A stretch of 64,000 bases of DNA from Candidatus Zhuqueibacterota bacterium (GTDB taxonomy: Bacteria; Zhuqueibacterota; Zhuqueibacteria; Zhuqueibacterales; Zhuqueibacteraceae). How positions within the stretch are numbered: the first letter of the stretch is position 1; the number at the start of each line of letters is the position of its first letter. The notes beneath the pieces were generated by a model that worked only from the letters and a program-made list of their open reading frames with translations, was not told the origin of the DNA and searched no databases. The DNA is taken from contig JAKEEU010000332.1 of NCBI GenBank assembly GCA_022616415.1, positions 1,367 to 65,366 of the forward strand, read 5' to 3'. A program made the position numbers and the translations under genes. Shown here one piece after another: positions 1-9,147 of the stretch.

Positions 1-45
1 AGAGTCTAACGCCCTAGCGCATGGTTAGGCTTGGGGTTGAAGAAG

Positions 46-86
46 GGCATGCGCCCGAATATTTGAGGCGCATGCCTTTCTCTTTT
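46..86 (+). terminator. Rho-independent terminator-like hairpin, presumably for a gene upstream of the window
   Basis: Perfect 10-bp stem GGCATGCGCC (46-55) / GGCGCATGCC (67-76) with an 11-nt loop, followed by TTTCTCTTTT. Confidence 0.45.
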
Positions 87-245
87 CGAAAACTACGCTT
101 TGAAACGCCATGCAACAACGCGGGTTTTTAAGTTGAGTTCTCCCCAAGCGAGTGTGGGTTTATGAAAGGATTCATTTGTTAAAGTTTTCTGCAAACCGAA
201 GCCGGTTGCGTGTTGCGCCAAATATTTTCCAACTTTGCCGTATCC

Positions 246-770
246 TCATTGCCCCGCCGGCGCTTTCCCATCTCCCACCGGCGAAGAAACCGCGTCAGCG
301 CCAAAAGGCAGCGCCGCCGAAGCATGCTCGTGAATCAGTTGGCGTTCACGCCAGGCGTCAGGGTTACTTGTCATGTTCCGGCCGCTAGAAGTTGGGCGCT
401 CCTCCGCTTGGAAGCGATGATAGAGCGCCTCCGTTTTCTTGGCTTTCTCCTCTTCGCCAACGGCGTGATAGGCCCGGATCAGATGATAATATGCTTCCAC
501 ATTTTCGGGATCGAGGCTCAACACTTTTTCAAAATCCCGGATGGCGCGATCGTAATCCCGCATCAGCATATACAGATGTCCGCGCTCGATTTTCGCCACC
601 CGGTCGCGCGGATATTTCTTAACGCTTTTCTTGAGATATTTATGCGCCTCTTCGTATTTCCCCTGCACCTTCAAAGTCAGGCCGTAATAATAGCGGGCTG
701 GGACCAAATCGGGATTTATCTTCATAGCACTCTCCAAAGCTGATTGCGCGCCATCCAGATTTCCTTTCAC
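246..770 (-). CDS. TPR-repeat protein
   Basis: 174-aa ORF with successive 34-aa TPR-like units (ARYYYGLTLKVQGKYEEAHKYLKKSVKKYP, RGHLYMLMRDYDRAIRDFEKVLSLDPENVEAYYHLIRAY). It lies 17 nt downstream of the ftsZ-like gene on the same strand. Confidence 0.7.
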   Translation of the reverse strand: MKGNLDGAQSALESAMKINPDLVPARYYYGLTLKVQGKYEEAHKYLKKSVKKYPRDRVAKIERGHLYMLMRDYDRAIRDFEKVLSLDPENVEAYYHLIRAYHAVGEEEKAKKTEALYHRFQAEERPTSSGRNMTSNPDAWRERQLIHEHASAALPFGADAVSSPVGDGKAPAGQ

Positions 771-786
771 TGCTGTTGTGGCGGCG

Positions 787-3405
787 TCAACGGCTCGAAG
801 AGGATTTGCTCTCTGAAAAAAGACCGTCCAAATACTCCATCACCTCGGTAGCCGGCTTGGGGTAAACATTTTGTTGCGCCGCTTTATTGATGGGCGTCGC
901 CGCCGGCTTCTGGCCGGGTGTTGCGCCGGTTGGCCTGGAGAAAGAGTTTTCTCCCATCGGGGGACGCGAATTTTTCGGCGCCTCTCTCGTATTAGCCGTC
1001 GCTTGAAAAATTTCCCCCTCACCAAAAGAATCCGCCAAACGTTTCAGCCGCTCTTGATGGCGTTTCGCTTCTGCCTTCGCGTCGGCATCGCCTTGGATCA
1101 TGCCTTCAAAAATTCCCGGCATTTCCGTAAAGGCGTTCAAAATCTTTTTGTTCATATTGATCTCGCCGTCCAAAACCCGCGTGCAAATCTCCTCGAGCGT
1201 TGCCGCATAATCGGCGATCTCGTTGAAGACGAAACGCTGCGCCAGGTTGCTGATGGCCGCGGCCGCGCTCTTCATGCAACGCAAGGTTTCCTGCCGCGCC
1301 GGATCGATAAAAAGATGGCCGATGGATTCGCGAATCGTTTGCAAATTGGCCAGGCTCTTCTCTTCAAAAAGTTTATGAGAATAAGACGTGCTGCTCGCAG
1401 CCGGAGCCATTTTATTGGCAACCGCTTGCGGCCTGCTTTCCAATGGTCTGCCTTGCAAAGGCCTGCCTTCAGATGGCCTCGCATGATTAGACGGCGGCGC
1501 GTTTTGCACCGGTGGCCGAGGGGGCGGAAGTGGTTGGCTATTGGACGCCCGCCTCACCTCTTGCCGATTCACAATCGGCGCTTTGGGCCGAACCGGTTGC
1601 GGTGCGCCGGGATTGGCACTGGCCACGCGGCGAATTTCCTCACGCCCTGGCATCCGCGGTTTTGGTTTATTCGGCGCGACGCCACGCAGCGCATTCACTT
1701 CACGGCCAAACCGGCTGCGATTTACCGGCGGCACTTGAGGCCTGGCACCTTGCGGCACACCACGATTGGCGATGAGAGGACGCGCAGCTTGGTCGACATT
1801 GGGCAAAGGCGCTTGGGGCTTGGCCTGTGGCGGAGCGCCCGCGTTAATCTTGCCGGCAACTTCGCTCTCGCTTGCAGATGGCGCTTGAAATTCGCTCTCA
1901 AGCAGCGCGGCGCTATTTTCATCAACAGCGTGAGCAACCTCGTCGGCGGCGGCTGAAGCTTCCATCGGATGAGCGGTTTCAGCAGCTCGAGGAGCAGCCT
2001 CGACAGCCGGTGCGCTTGCCATGGACTTGGGCGATTTTGCTTTGCGTTTTCGCTTTGGGGCCGGCGTCTCATCCACGCCAGAGGTTTGCGCCGGCGTGTC
2101 GACGCACACAGATGGTGTTTTGGCTTTGGCTTCAGCCGGTTCAAAAAGCTTTTCGGCTACTTGACCGGCGTCAAGCTGAACCGCTCCTTCATTTGGAGAT
2201 TTTACGTCCGGCTTCAGCGATTCAGCGAGCTGAATAATCGCGCCAAGATTTGGCTCAACGCCGTTTCCGCCCGGCGATTGTTCTTTGGCCGGAGATGGCG
2301 CCGCGGTTGGCGGCTCAGCCAGGGCCTTCCGCTCTTCTCGCGTCGCCGCCCGAGGCTTTTCCGGCAAACCGGTCACAATCAACATGACACGGATGGATTT
2401 GTCGAGGCTCGGATCAATGCGCGCACCCCAAATCAACTTGGCCGAAGCATCCAATTTTTCGGCGACGACTTGCATCACCCGCTTGGCGTCTTTCAGCGGC
2501 ATCTGCGCGCCGCCGGTGACGTTGATTAACGCGCTTTTGGCGCCGGTGATATCGATGTCGAGCAGCTTGTTCTGCATCGCCAGAGCCACCGCCGCTTGCG
2601 CCCCGTCCATGCCCTCGCTCTCGCCGATGCCGATCATCGCCGTGCCGCCGTTTTGCATGATGGCGCGCACATCGGCAAAATCGAGATTGACCAGGCCTTT
2701 TTCTGTGATCAGCTCAGTGATGCCCTTCACGGCGTTGACCAAAGTTTCATCTGCAGTATTGAACGCCATGTCGAGCGGCAGATCCGGAACCACCTCGAGC
2801 AGCCGGTCGTTTTGAATGACAATCATCGTGTCCGTGCTCTGGCGCAATTTTTCGAGGCCGAGCTTGGCATTCTCCCAACGCACGACACCTTCTTCGGCAA
2901 AAGGCAGGGTGACCACGGCGATCGTCAAAGCGCCGAGCTTTTTCGAGATCTCAGCCACGATCGGCGCCGAGCCGGTGCCGGTGCCGCCGCCAAGGCCGCA
3001 AGTGACGAACACCATATCCGTATTCTGCAGCACCTCTTCGATTTCCTGCTGGTTCTCCCGCGCCGAGTCTTCGCCGATTTGCGGATTGCTGCCGGCGCCA
3101 AGCCCTTTGGTGATATTTTTGCCGATTAAAATTTTGTCATCGGCATTCGTCGCGAGCAGGTCTTGCGCGTCGGTGTTGATCGCCAAGGTTTCAACGCCTT
3201 TGACGCCGATCTCCATCAAGCGCGATATGGTGTTATTGCCGCCGCCGCCACAGCCCACGACGCGGATGCGCGTTTGGTGAGAGCGCAACACCGCCTCGAG
3301 CTCCTTATTTTTGTCGGCCGGCGTGCGCGGAGAATTTTTTTCGATGGTCAACAAGGTCTCTTTTCCCTTTTCGAAAAAATCTGAATCACCCGCTATCAGA
3401 AGCAT
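787..3405 (-). CDS. ftsZ: FtsZ/tubulin-family GTPase with an archaeal-type core, a ~500-aa Pro/Ala-rich extension and a C-terminal helical domain
   Basis: Motifs RVVGCGGGGNNTISRL, AINTDAQDL, GLGAGSNPQIGE and the tubulin signature VFVTCGLGGGTGTGSAPIVAEISKKLGALTIAVVTLPF, then NLDFADVRAIM. The ORF track gives 787..3483 with a TTG start. I chose the ATG at 3405 (MLLIAGDSDFF) because it removes the overlap with the upstream gene and gives an N-terminal length typical of FtsZ. Confidence 0.85.
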   Translation of the reverse strand: MLLIAGDSDFFEKGKETLLTIEKNSPRTPADKNKELEAVLRSHQTRIRVVGCGGGGNNTISRLMEIGVKGVETLAINTDAQDLLATNADDKILIGKNITKGLGAGSNPQIGEDSARENQQEIEEVLQNTDMVFVTCGLGGGTGTGSAPIVAEISKKLGALTIAVVTLPFAEEGVVRWENAKLGLEKLRQSTDTMIVIQNDRLLEVVPDLPLDMAFNTADETLVNAVKGITELITEKGLVNLDFADVRAIMQNGGTAMIGIGESEGMDGAQAAVALAMQNKLLDIDITGAKSALINVTGGAQMPLKDAKRVMQVVAEKLDASAKLIWGARIDPSLDKSIRVMLIVTGLPEKPRAATREERKALAEPPTAAPSPAKEQSPGGNGVEPNLGAIIQLAESLKPDVKSPNEGAVQLDAGQVAEKLFEPAEAKAKTPSVCVDTPAQTSGVDETPAPKRKRKAKSPKSMASAPAVEAAPRAAETAHPMEASAAADEVAHAVDENSAALLESEFQAPSASESEVAGKINAGAPPQAKPQAPLPNVDQAARPLIANRGVPQGARPQVPPVNRSRFGREVNALRGVAPNKPKPRMPGREEIRRVASANPGAPQPVRPKAPIVNRQEVRRASNSQPLPPPRPPVQNAPPSNHARPSEGRPLQGRPLESRPQAVANKMAPAASSTSYSHKLFEEKSLANLQTIRESIGHLFIDPARQETLRCMKSAAAAISNLAQRFVFNEIADYAATLEEICTRVLDGEINMNKKILNAFTEMPGIFEGMIQGDADAKAEAKRHQERLKRLADSFGEGEIFQATANTREAPKNSRPPMGENSFSRPTGATPGQKPAATPINKAAQQNVYPKPATEVMEYLDGLFSESKSSSSR

Positions 3406-3439
3406 CGAAGAAACGGGAATTTTCCGGCATTCGCTGCGC

Positions 3440-4516
3440 TCAGAGCCGCGGCGAAATGACGGCAGGGTTCGTTCTATCGGCAACGGTCCAAATTTGGAAG
3501 CCGATTTTTTTATTTAAATTTTTGCCGATCTCCGGCGATAATGGCGCGCCCAGGCAAAAACACCATCGCAGCGCGGAAATTCCCGATTCCATCTCCGCCA
3601 AACGCGCCAGCACGGCGGCAGAGCCTGCCAAAACGGTGATGCGTTCTTCGGCCAGCGCCTGCTGAATCGCGCGCCAATCGCTCGACGCCGGTATCACCAG
3701 AGTCGCACCGGCCGCAATGGCCGCGATCAAGCAAGGAACCAAATTATCGTGCTGGCACAAAGGCGCGGCGCAGAGCAGACAATCGTTTGAAGTCAATTCG
3801 AGCTCTGCGATCATCTTCTCGGCTTGGCGCAGCAAATCGGCGTGCGCGCGCGTCTCGATTTTGGGAGCGCTTCCCCTGGCCGCGGCCAAATGAATCACCG
3901 CCGGATGCTCGGTAAAAATTTTCTCCGCCTCACTCGCGGGCGCTTTGCCGTTCGACGCCGGCAACGACACCACCGCGTCAGCGAGCTGGCTCGGCGCCGC
4001 CGCCTTGCCATTGCGCGCGGAATCGAGCGCGGCGTTTCTGCGCTCGCGGCCGGGGTTGTTCAGCGTAACGATATTATCTTCTTCAAAGATGGCGATTGTC
4101 AACGGCAATAAAGGGGCGCCATTTGGGCCAGGCTCGGCCAACACTTTGTCGAGCAAGGTTTTGTATGCCGGCGTGGTGATGACGGCGCTGACTCCCGCGA
4201 GCGCAAGCGACGCCCGCAAATCGTGTTCACCGCTCGTCACCTCGAGCGGTACCGCGACCCCGCCGGCGCGCACCAATCCAAAAAAAGTGATCACCAGTTC
4301 CAGCGAGCTCGGGATCAATATTCCCACGCGCTGACCAGGCCGCAACGCAATCGACTGAAAATACCCCGCCATCCACTCCACGTAAAGCTGGAGCTCGAAA
4401 AAAGTGATGCGGCGATCTTCGTAAACGACGGCCGTCGCATCCGAGTGGGCCAAGGCGGCTTTGTCAAACAATTGATTCAGCATACCTAAAGTTTCGATAG
4501 AAGTATTTTCAGTCAA
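3440..4516 (-). CDS. Adenylate-forming (AMP-binding) enzyme family homolog, short and with degenerate core motifs
   Basis: The N-terminal region is typical of acyl-CoA synthetases (AVVYEDRRITFFELQLYVEWMAGYFQSIALRPGQRVGILIPSSLELVITFFGLVRAGGVAVPL). The position of the TSGTTGxPKG motif reads AAARGSAPKI, and no C-terminal subdomain is present (358 aa). Confidence 0.5.
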   Translation of the reverse strand: MTENTSIETLGMLNQLFDKAALAHSDATAVVYEDRRITFFELQLYVEWMAGYFQSIALRPGQRVGILIPSSLELVITFFGLVRAGGVAVPLEVTSGEHDLRASLALAGVSAVITTPAYKTLLDKVLAEPGPNGAPLLPLTIAIFEEDNIVTLNNPGRERRNAALDSARNGKAAAPSQLADAVVSLPASNGKAPASEAEKIFTEHPAVIHLAAARGSAPKIETRAHADLLRQAEKMIAELELTSNDCLLCAAPLCQHDNLVPCLIAAIAAGATLVIPASSDWRAIQQALAEERITVLAGSAAVLARLAEMESGISALRWCFCLGAPLSPEIGKNLNKKIGFQIWTVADRTNPAVISPRL

Positions 4517-4580
4517 TTACCGACTTTCCAACGTTTTGCGGAAGGTTTGTAGTAACGTCTTCAGGCGCCGGATACGTGAA

Positions 4581-7070
4581 TTAACACAATTTTGTGTGAT
4601 ATGGCGCAATATCGGAGTTATTCAAATCAAGCGAAGAAATTTTGGCGTCGATCGCGCACTCCGAGGCCAGCAGCCGGCGGCCGTTCAGCTCCAATTGCGA
4701 GCCTTGCACGATCGTCGCAAAGGTCAGGCGCGAATCCAGCTCGCGCCGGAGATAAGCAATGCGCGCGTCGGTGCGCAAACCGTTGATCTGTTGCAAGCGG
4801 CCGGTGAAATTGAACACCAGCCGGTCTTCCCAGCGCGCGGTGCGCAGGCTCAGAAAAAACGGCGCATCGCTCTCGGTGCTGTGACAGCCGTTTTGCTGGA
4901 TTTCGATTTCGGGAGCTTGCGCCTCGAAGGGGAGAACCAACGTGCAGAAATGCATCGGCATCAAGCCGGAAAGCCGCATGCACAAAACCGGCGCCGGCGT
5001 CTTCTCGCCGTAGCTGTGCGCCAACCAACCCTGGCTCGGCTGCTCGCCGCCGCTCATCAGCTCCAAAGACGACTCGCGCAGCCCGAGATCTTGCAGCAAA
5101 ATATTTTTGTGGTCGCGCCGTTGCGTCGCGGCTTGGCGTCCGGAAATTTTCGGCTCGGCGCCCGGCGCAAAATGAAACCAGCGCTCGACGAGATGCTCGC
5201 CCAGGCCGAACAACGCATCGAGAATCAGCCAATAACCGCCTTTGCGCCAAAAGACGCCGCGGCGATGGCGGAGGTTGGAGCCGAACCCGGTGTAACAACC
5301 CTCGATGAAAGCAAAATCGGCCTGGCAATTATAAAAAGACGGCTCGACTTCCGGAACGTAATTATAACCCAAACGTCCGACGAGATTGCACGCGCTGCGG
5401 CCATCGACCGTGACGGCATTGTGAGCGGCGCCGCCGCGAAAATGGTTTTGCCAATTCAAATCGCCGTTGTAAGTCAGCATGCCGCCATCGACCAGCAGCG
5501 GTGCGCCGTAAGCATTCAAAGTGAACCCAAGAAAATCGGCGTGGCCGTGCGCCACCGAGACGTTCTCGTCGTTGTGCAAACCGTCGCTCTGCTGGCCGCA
5601 GTCGAAAATAAAGTAATGATCGTCGCGATTCCAGCCGGTGCGGAAAATGGCGTAGCCGCTCTCGCGAAAAAATTTGCTGGGCTCCACCGGCGCGCTGCTG
5701 TTGAGCCGGGTGAATTTTTGATGGCTCTCCGGCCCCAAAAGCCACAAGCCGCTCTCGGAAAACTCGCCCGCGATCTTCTTCATGTCGCTGCGCTGAAACA
5801 GCACCGCGCCGAGCGCTAAAATATCGCGGAAATCCCACGTTTGGTAATCGCCAAAATAAATCGATCGACCGTTGTCATTGTCGCCGATCATCGGATGCGT
5901 TCCCTCGGGCTGCATGCTGAACATTGAAAACTCCAGCGCGCGTTCGGGGCGCTCCCGCATCACCGGCGCCAACAATTGGTTGTTGCGCTCGGCGAGAATG
6001 ATCGCCAAGAGATAAAAGCCAAGCGTAAAATGATGGTACGAGATCGCCTGCTCCACCGACATGCCGTCAGCATGAAACTGTTTGGTGATTTCGTTCGTGA
6101 GAATCGTCCAGCCCTTATTGCGCCAGCGCTCGGCTTCGTGAAATTCGGGAAAAAGCGTGCCGAGCATGAACAGCGCCGCAGCTTCGCCGATGAGATGATT
6201 GTATGGGCTGACGTAGAACGACAAATTGCGGCTAATGAAGCGCCCGTGCAACTGCAAGACGCGCAGAATTTTGGCGTGCGAGCGCGCGTCGAGCGCCGGC
6301 GCTTCCAAACAGAAAAAATACGCCCATATCCAAGACATGGCGCGCAAAGCCGCTTCCAACGCGCTCGTCCAATTGACACCGTAGAGATATAGATTTTGCT
6401 CGATCCAACCGGTGCATTGGCGGACAAATTCTGCGGCGTATTTTTCATCACGCGTGAGCCAGTACGCCTTGCCGAGCACGATGAAATGCTGATGCCGATT
6501 CAGCTCCCAAACGTATTTGACGTCTCCCGGAATGGCGCCGCCTTTGGCCTCACCGTTGGTGGAACGCTGGCCGTAGTATTTCATCTCGGTATAAAAGCGG
6601 TTGGGCCAGCGCCGGCGCGTGAGCGGATCATCCTGCCAGTCGATCACACCGTCGTAAGCGATCTTGCTGCCGAAGAGCGAGAATTCATGCTCGAGAATGC
6701 GATCCGCCTGCGCCAGGCTCTGCGACACCAAGCCGGCAAGATAACGATCGACGATTTGCAGCATGGCCGGACGCTGCGCCGGGCTGAAAAAAAATTGGAA
6801 CGCGCGGCTGTTATGGCTTTTCCCATCCAGACGTTTGCGCGCGTGCTCCAACAAATATTCCTCGGCTTCCGGCCAACGCTCGCCGGCAACCGCTTCGGAA
6901 AAAGGGCCGTCGAAATCCGAGGGGAGCTCGTAATGCGGCAGAAAAATTTCCGGGGCCAGAGGATTTTTTTTCACCGGCTCCGTGAGCTTCATCATTTTTT
7001 TTGTGCCGATCGACTTCAAGCGATGGCTCATTTCACCAACCGACATAGTCGTGAGCTTTTTCAGTTTCAT
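4581..7070 (-). CDS. Heparinase II/III-like family protein (alginate-lyase-like N-domain plus heparinase II/III C-domain)
   Basis: 829 aa. Motifs VKYVWELNRHQHF, GVNWTSALEAALRAMSWIW and HGHADFLGFTLNAYGAPLLVDGG are characteristic of this family. It sits in a polysaccharide gene block. Confidence 0.8.
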   Translation of the reverse strand: MKLKKLTTMSVGEMSHRLKSIGTKKMMKLTEPVKKNPLAPEIFLPHYELPSDFDGPFSEAVAGERWPEAEEYLLEHARKRLDGKSHNSRAFQFFFSPAQRPAMLQIVDRYLAGLVSQSLAQADRILEHEFSLFGSKIAYDGVIDWQDDPLTRRRWPNRFYTEMKYYGQRSTNGEAKGGAIPGDVKYVWELNRHQHFIVLGKAYWLTRDEKYAAEFVRQCTGWIEQNLYLYGVNWTSALEAALRAMSWIWAYFFCLEAPALDARSHAKILRVLQLHGRFISRNLSFYVSPYNHLIGEAAALFMLGTLFPEFHEAERWRNKGWTILTNEITKQFHADGMSVEQAISYHHFTLGFYLLAIILAERNNQLLAPVMRERPERALEFSMFSMQPEGTHPMIGDNDNGRSIYFGDYQTWDFRDILALGAVLFQRSDMKKIAGEFSESGLWLLGPESHQKFTRLNSSAPVEPSKFFRESGYAIFRTGWNRDDHYFIFDCGQQSDGLHNDENVSVAHGHADFLGFTLNAYGAPLLVDGGMLTYNGDLNWQNHFRGGAAHNAVTVDGRSACNLVGRLGYNYVPEVEPSFYNCQADFAFIEGCYTGFGSNLRHRRGVFWRKGGYWLILDALFGLGEHLVERWFHFAPGAEPKISGRQAATQRRDHKNILLQDLGLRESSLELMSGGEQPSQGWLAHSYGEKTPAPVLCMRLSGLMPMHFCTLVLPFEAQAPEIEIQQNGCHSTESDAPFFLSLRTARWEDRLVFNFTGRLQQINGLRTDARIAYLRRELDSRLTFATIVQGSQLELNGRRLLASECAIDAKISSLDLNNSDIAPYHTKLC

Positions 7071-7271
7071 ACGTTCGTAGTTGCGCCTTTAGGCGCTGAA
7101 GTTATATTGCACCATGAAATCCTCATGGACAGCAAAAGCCTGTTTTAAGCGCGAACTCGTACGTGGCGAGTTGTTCCAATTTGTCCCCGGCAGGCCAAAG
7201 CTCTTCGGCATGCGCCCGTAGCTTCGTTATGATCTCCTCGATACCGTTATCCATGCTGATCATGGCTAAGA

Positions 7272-7559
7272 TCAAACCGCGGTCGCATTTTTAGTCACAC
7301 AGCGCAGCAACTCGTCGTGCAACTGGCGTGTCAACCGGGCGCCGTCATAATTGTGGAAAGCGCCATCGACGGCAGGCGGCGCGATGCCGCCGCAGCGAAA
7401 CTCTTCCACTAATTGCAGCAGCGCCCGTTGAATGCTCTCGGCATCGTCGGGATCGACGACGATTCCAAATCTGCGATCTTGCAAAAGCTGTGTCACTAAT
7501 CCTGGCAAACAAAAATCTGCATCGGTATATCGCGAACTTTTGCTCTCTACTCCAGACAT
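7272..7559 (-). pseudogene. Possible C-terminal remnant of a GT1-type glycosyltransferase, or a small hypothetical ORF
   Basis: A 95-aa ORF that resembles only the last part of a glycosyltransferase (GIVVDPDDAESIQRALLQLVEE). There are only 73 nt to the upstream gene, so a full-length GT cannot fit. Confidence 0.3.
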
Positions 7560-7632
7560 TTTACGCCTGCCTCGCTCCGCCTTTCCTTAAATTTCATAAT
7601 GATGCGGGGCGGAGAAGGCGATACTACGAACG

Positions 7633-8955
7633 CTACCAACAAATTCCGGCATAATTCGCTTGCGTACGGCCGTCGTCCGGCAATATGCGCACGAGATCGA
7701 TGACGATTTGATCCGGACGCCGTTTCTCCAAAATATTCGCAAACTCCGGGTTGTTATTGCCGATGACGAGGATTTCCGCAAAATCAACGACTTCGTCAAA
7801 CGATTTGCGCAACAGGCACGACAAGTGCGGAATTTCCTTTTCGATGTACTCTTTGTTGGCGCCGGTCAAGCGCGCGAGCGAGACGTCGCGGTCATAAATC
7901 TTGATCTCGTACCCCTTGCCGAGCAGCGTTTCGGTGAGCTGAACGAGCGGGCTTTCGCGCAGATCGTCGGTGCCGGCTTTGAAGCTCAAGCCGAGGATGC
8001 CGACTTTTTTCTTTTGCGGCGCGACGATCATTTCCACGGCGCGCTGTATTTGCAGATCATTGCTTGGCAGAATCGCTTCCAACACCGGCAGTTGCACGTC
8101 TTGCATCTTCGCTTCGTACAAAATCGCCCGCAGATCTTTAGGCAGGCACGAGCCGCCAAAAGCGAAGCCGGGCCGCAAATAAGCTTTCGAAATATTGAGC
8201 TTGGCATCTTTCACAAAAATGTCCATCACTTGATGGCTGTCAATGCCCAAGGCTTTGCAAAGCGTGCCGATCTCGTTGGCGAAAGCGATCTTCAGCGCGT
8301 GGAAAGCGTTGCTGGCATATTTAATGGATTCGGCGACTTCAATGCTCGTGAGATAAATCGGCGCCTCGATGCCTTCGTAAAGCGCCTGCGCCTTTTCTGC
8401 GGTGGCGCGGTCGCGGCTGCCGATGAGCGTATACGGCGGCGCATAAAAATCTTTCACCGAGCTGCCTTCACGCAGAAATTCCGGATTGAAGCACAGCCCA
8501 AAGCCGTGACATAATTTTTTTCCGGACTCCTGTTCGAGCAGCGGCAGGATGATGCGATTCACCGTGCCCGGCAAAACCGTGCTGCGCAGCACGATGAGGT
8601 GATAATCTCTTTTGTGCCGCAAAACTTGTGCGATGCTGCGGCAAACGCTGATGAGGTTGTGCAAACTCAGCGAGCCGTTGCCGTTGCCGTTGCCCGGCGT
8701 GCCCAAGCAAATCACGCTAAGCTCGGTGTTGAGAACAGCGTCTTTTACATCTTCGGTGGCGCGCAGACGGCCGGCGCGGACATTCTCCATCACCATATCG
8801 CCGATTTCCTCCTCGACGATCGGGCTTTTGCCGTCATTGAGCAGCGCCACTTTTTGCGGATTAATATCTACTCCAACAACCTCGTGCCCATTCCTGGCAA
8901 AACAGGCCGAGGTCACCGTGCCGACGTAACCTAGACCCAAAATACTGACCTTCAT
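7633..8955 (-). CDS. algD: GDP-mannose 6-dehydrogenase (NDP-sugar dehydrogenase family)
   Basis: MKVSILGLGYVGTVTSACFARNGHEVVGVD Rossmann start, GFAFGGSCLPKDLRA catalytic Cys motif, LGLSFKAGTDDLRESP, and a C-terminal ...AGICW. It appears collinear with Pseudomonas AlgD as I remember that sequence. Start set at the ATG at 8955 rather than the track start 9024. Confidence 0.8.
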   Translation of the reverse strand: MKVSILGLGYVGTVTSACFARNGHEVVGVDINPQKVALLNDGKSPIVEEEIGDMVMENVRAGRLRATEDVKDAVLNTELSVICLGTPGNGNGNGSLSLHNLISVCRSIAQVLRHKRDYHLIVLRSTVLPGTVNRIILPLLEQESGKKLCHGFGLCFNPEFLREGSSVKDFYAPPYTLIGSRDRATAEKAQALYEGIEAPIYLTSIEVAESIKYASNAFHALKIAFANEIGTLCKALGIDSHQVMDIFVKDAKLNISKAYLRPGFAFGGSCLPKDLRAILYEAKMQDVQLPVLEAILPSNDLQIQRAVEMIVAPQKKKVGILGLSFKAGTDDLRESPLVQLTETLLGKGYEIKIYDRDVSLARLTGANKEYIEKEIPHLSCLLRKSFDEVVDFAEILVIGNNNPEFANILEKRRPDQIVIDLVRILPDDGRTQANYAGICW

Positions 8956-9147
8956 GGGTGTCCTCGCTGCAATGACAAACGGATTCCAAACGTTTTTTCG
9001 AAAATCATTAAAATTTACCAACAAAGCCGCGTTTAGCGGAATTTTAAATTGATGACAGTCAAAGAATTTTTAAAGAGGAATAACAATTGTTAAGGGACTG
9101 CAACAAGCAAAAGACAGAGGAAAAAAAGGCATAAAGAATAAGGTGCA

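Noticed and set aside
4536-5819. Long antisense ORFs opposite well-supported genes. Examples are 4536..5819 (427 aa), 871..1956, 27152..27994, 30893..31969, 35689..36846, 42482..43315, 43329..44777 (482 aa), 50096..51148, 53162..53926 and 54121..54828.
   Set aside because: Their translations are R/A/L/H/Q-rich low-information sequence typical of the reverse frame of GC-rich genes. In each case the opposite strand carries clear family motifs (heparinase-like, FtsZ, Roc, ALDH, NACHT, M28, DUF4032, RT, NTPase, RLP).
7112-7263. A possible 50-aa minus-strand ORF (MISMDNGIEEIITKLRAHAEELWPAGDKLEQLATYEFALKTGFCCP) in the gap between the heparinase-like gene and the GT-like fragment.
   Set aside because: It is too short, has no recognisable family and has no clear RBS, so I cannot support it as a gene.
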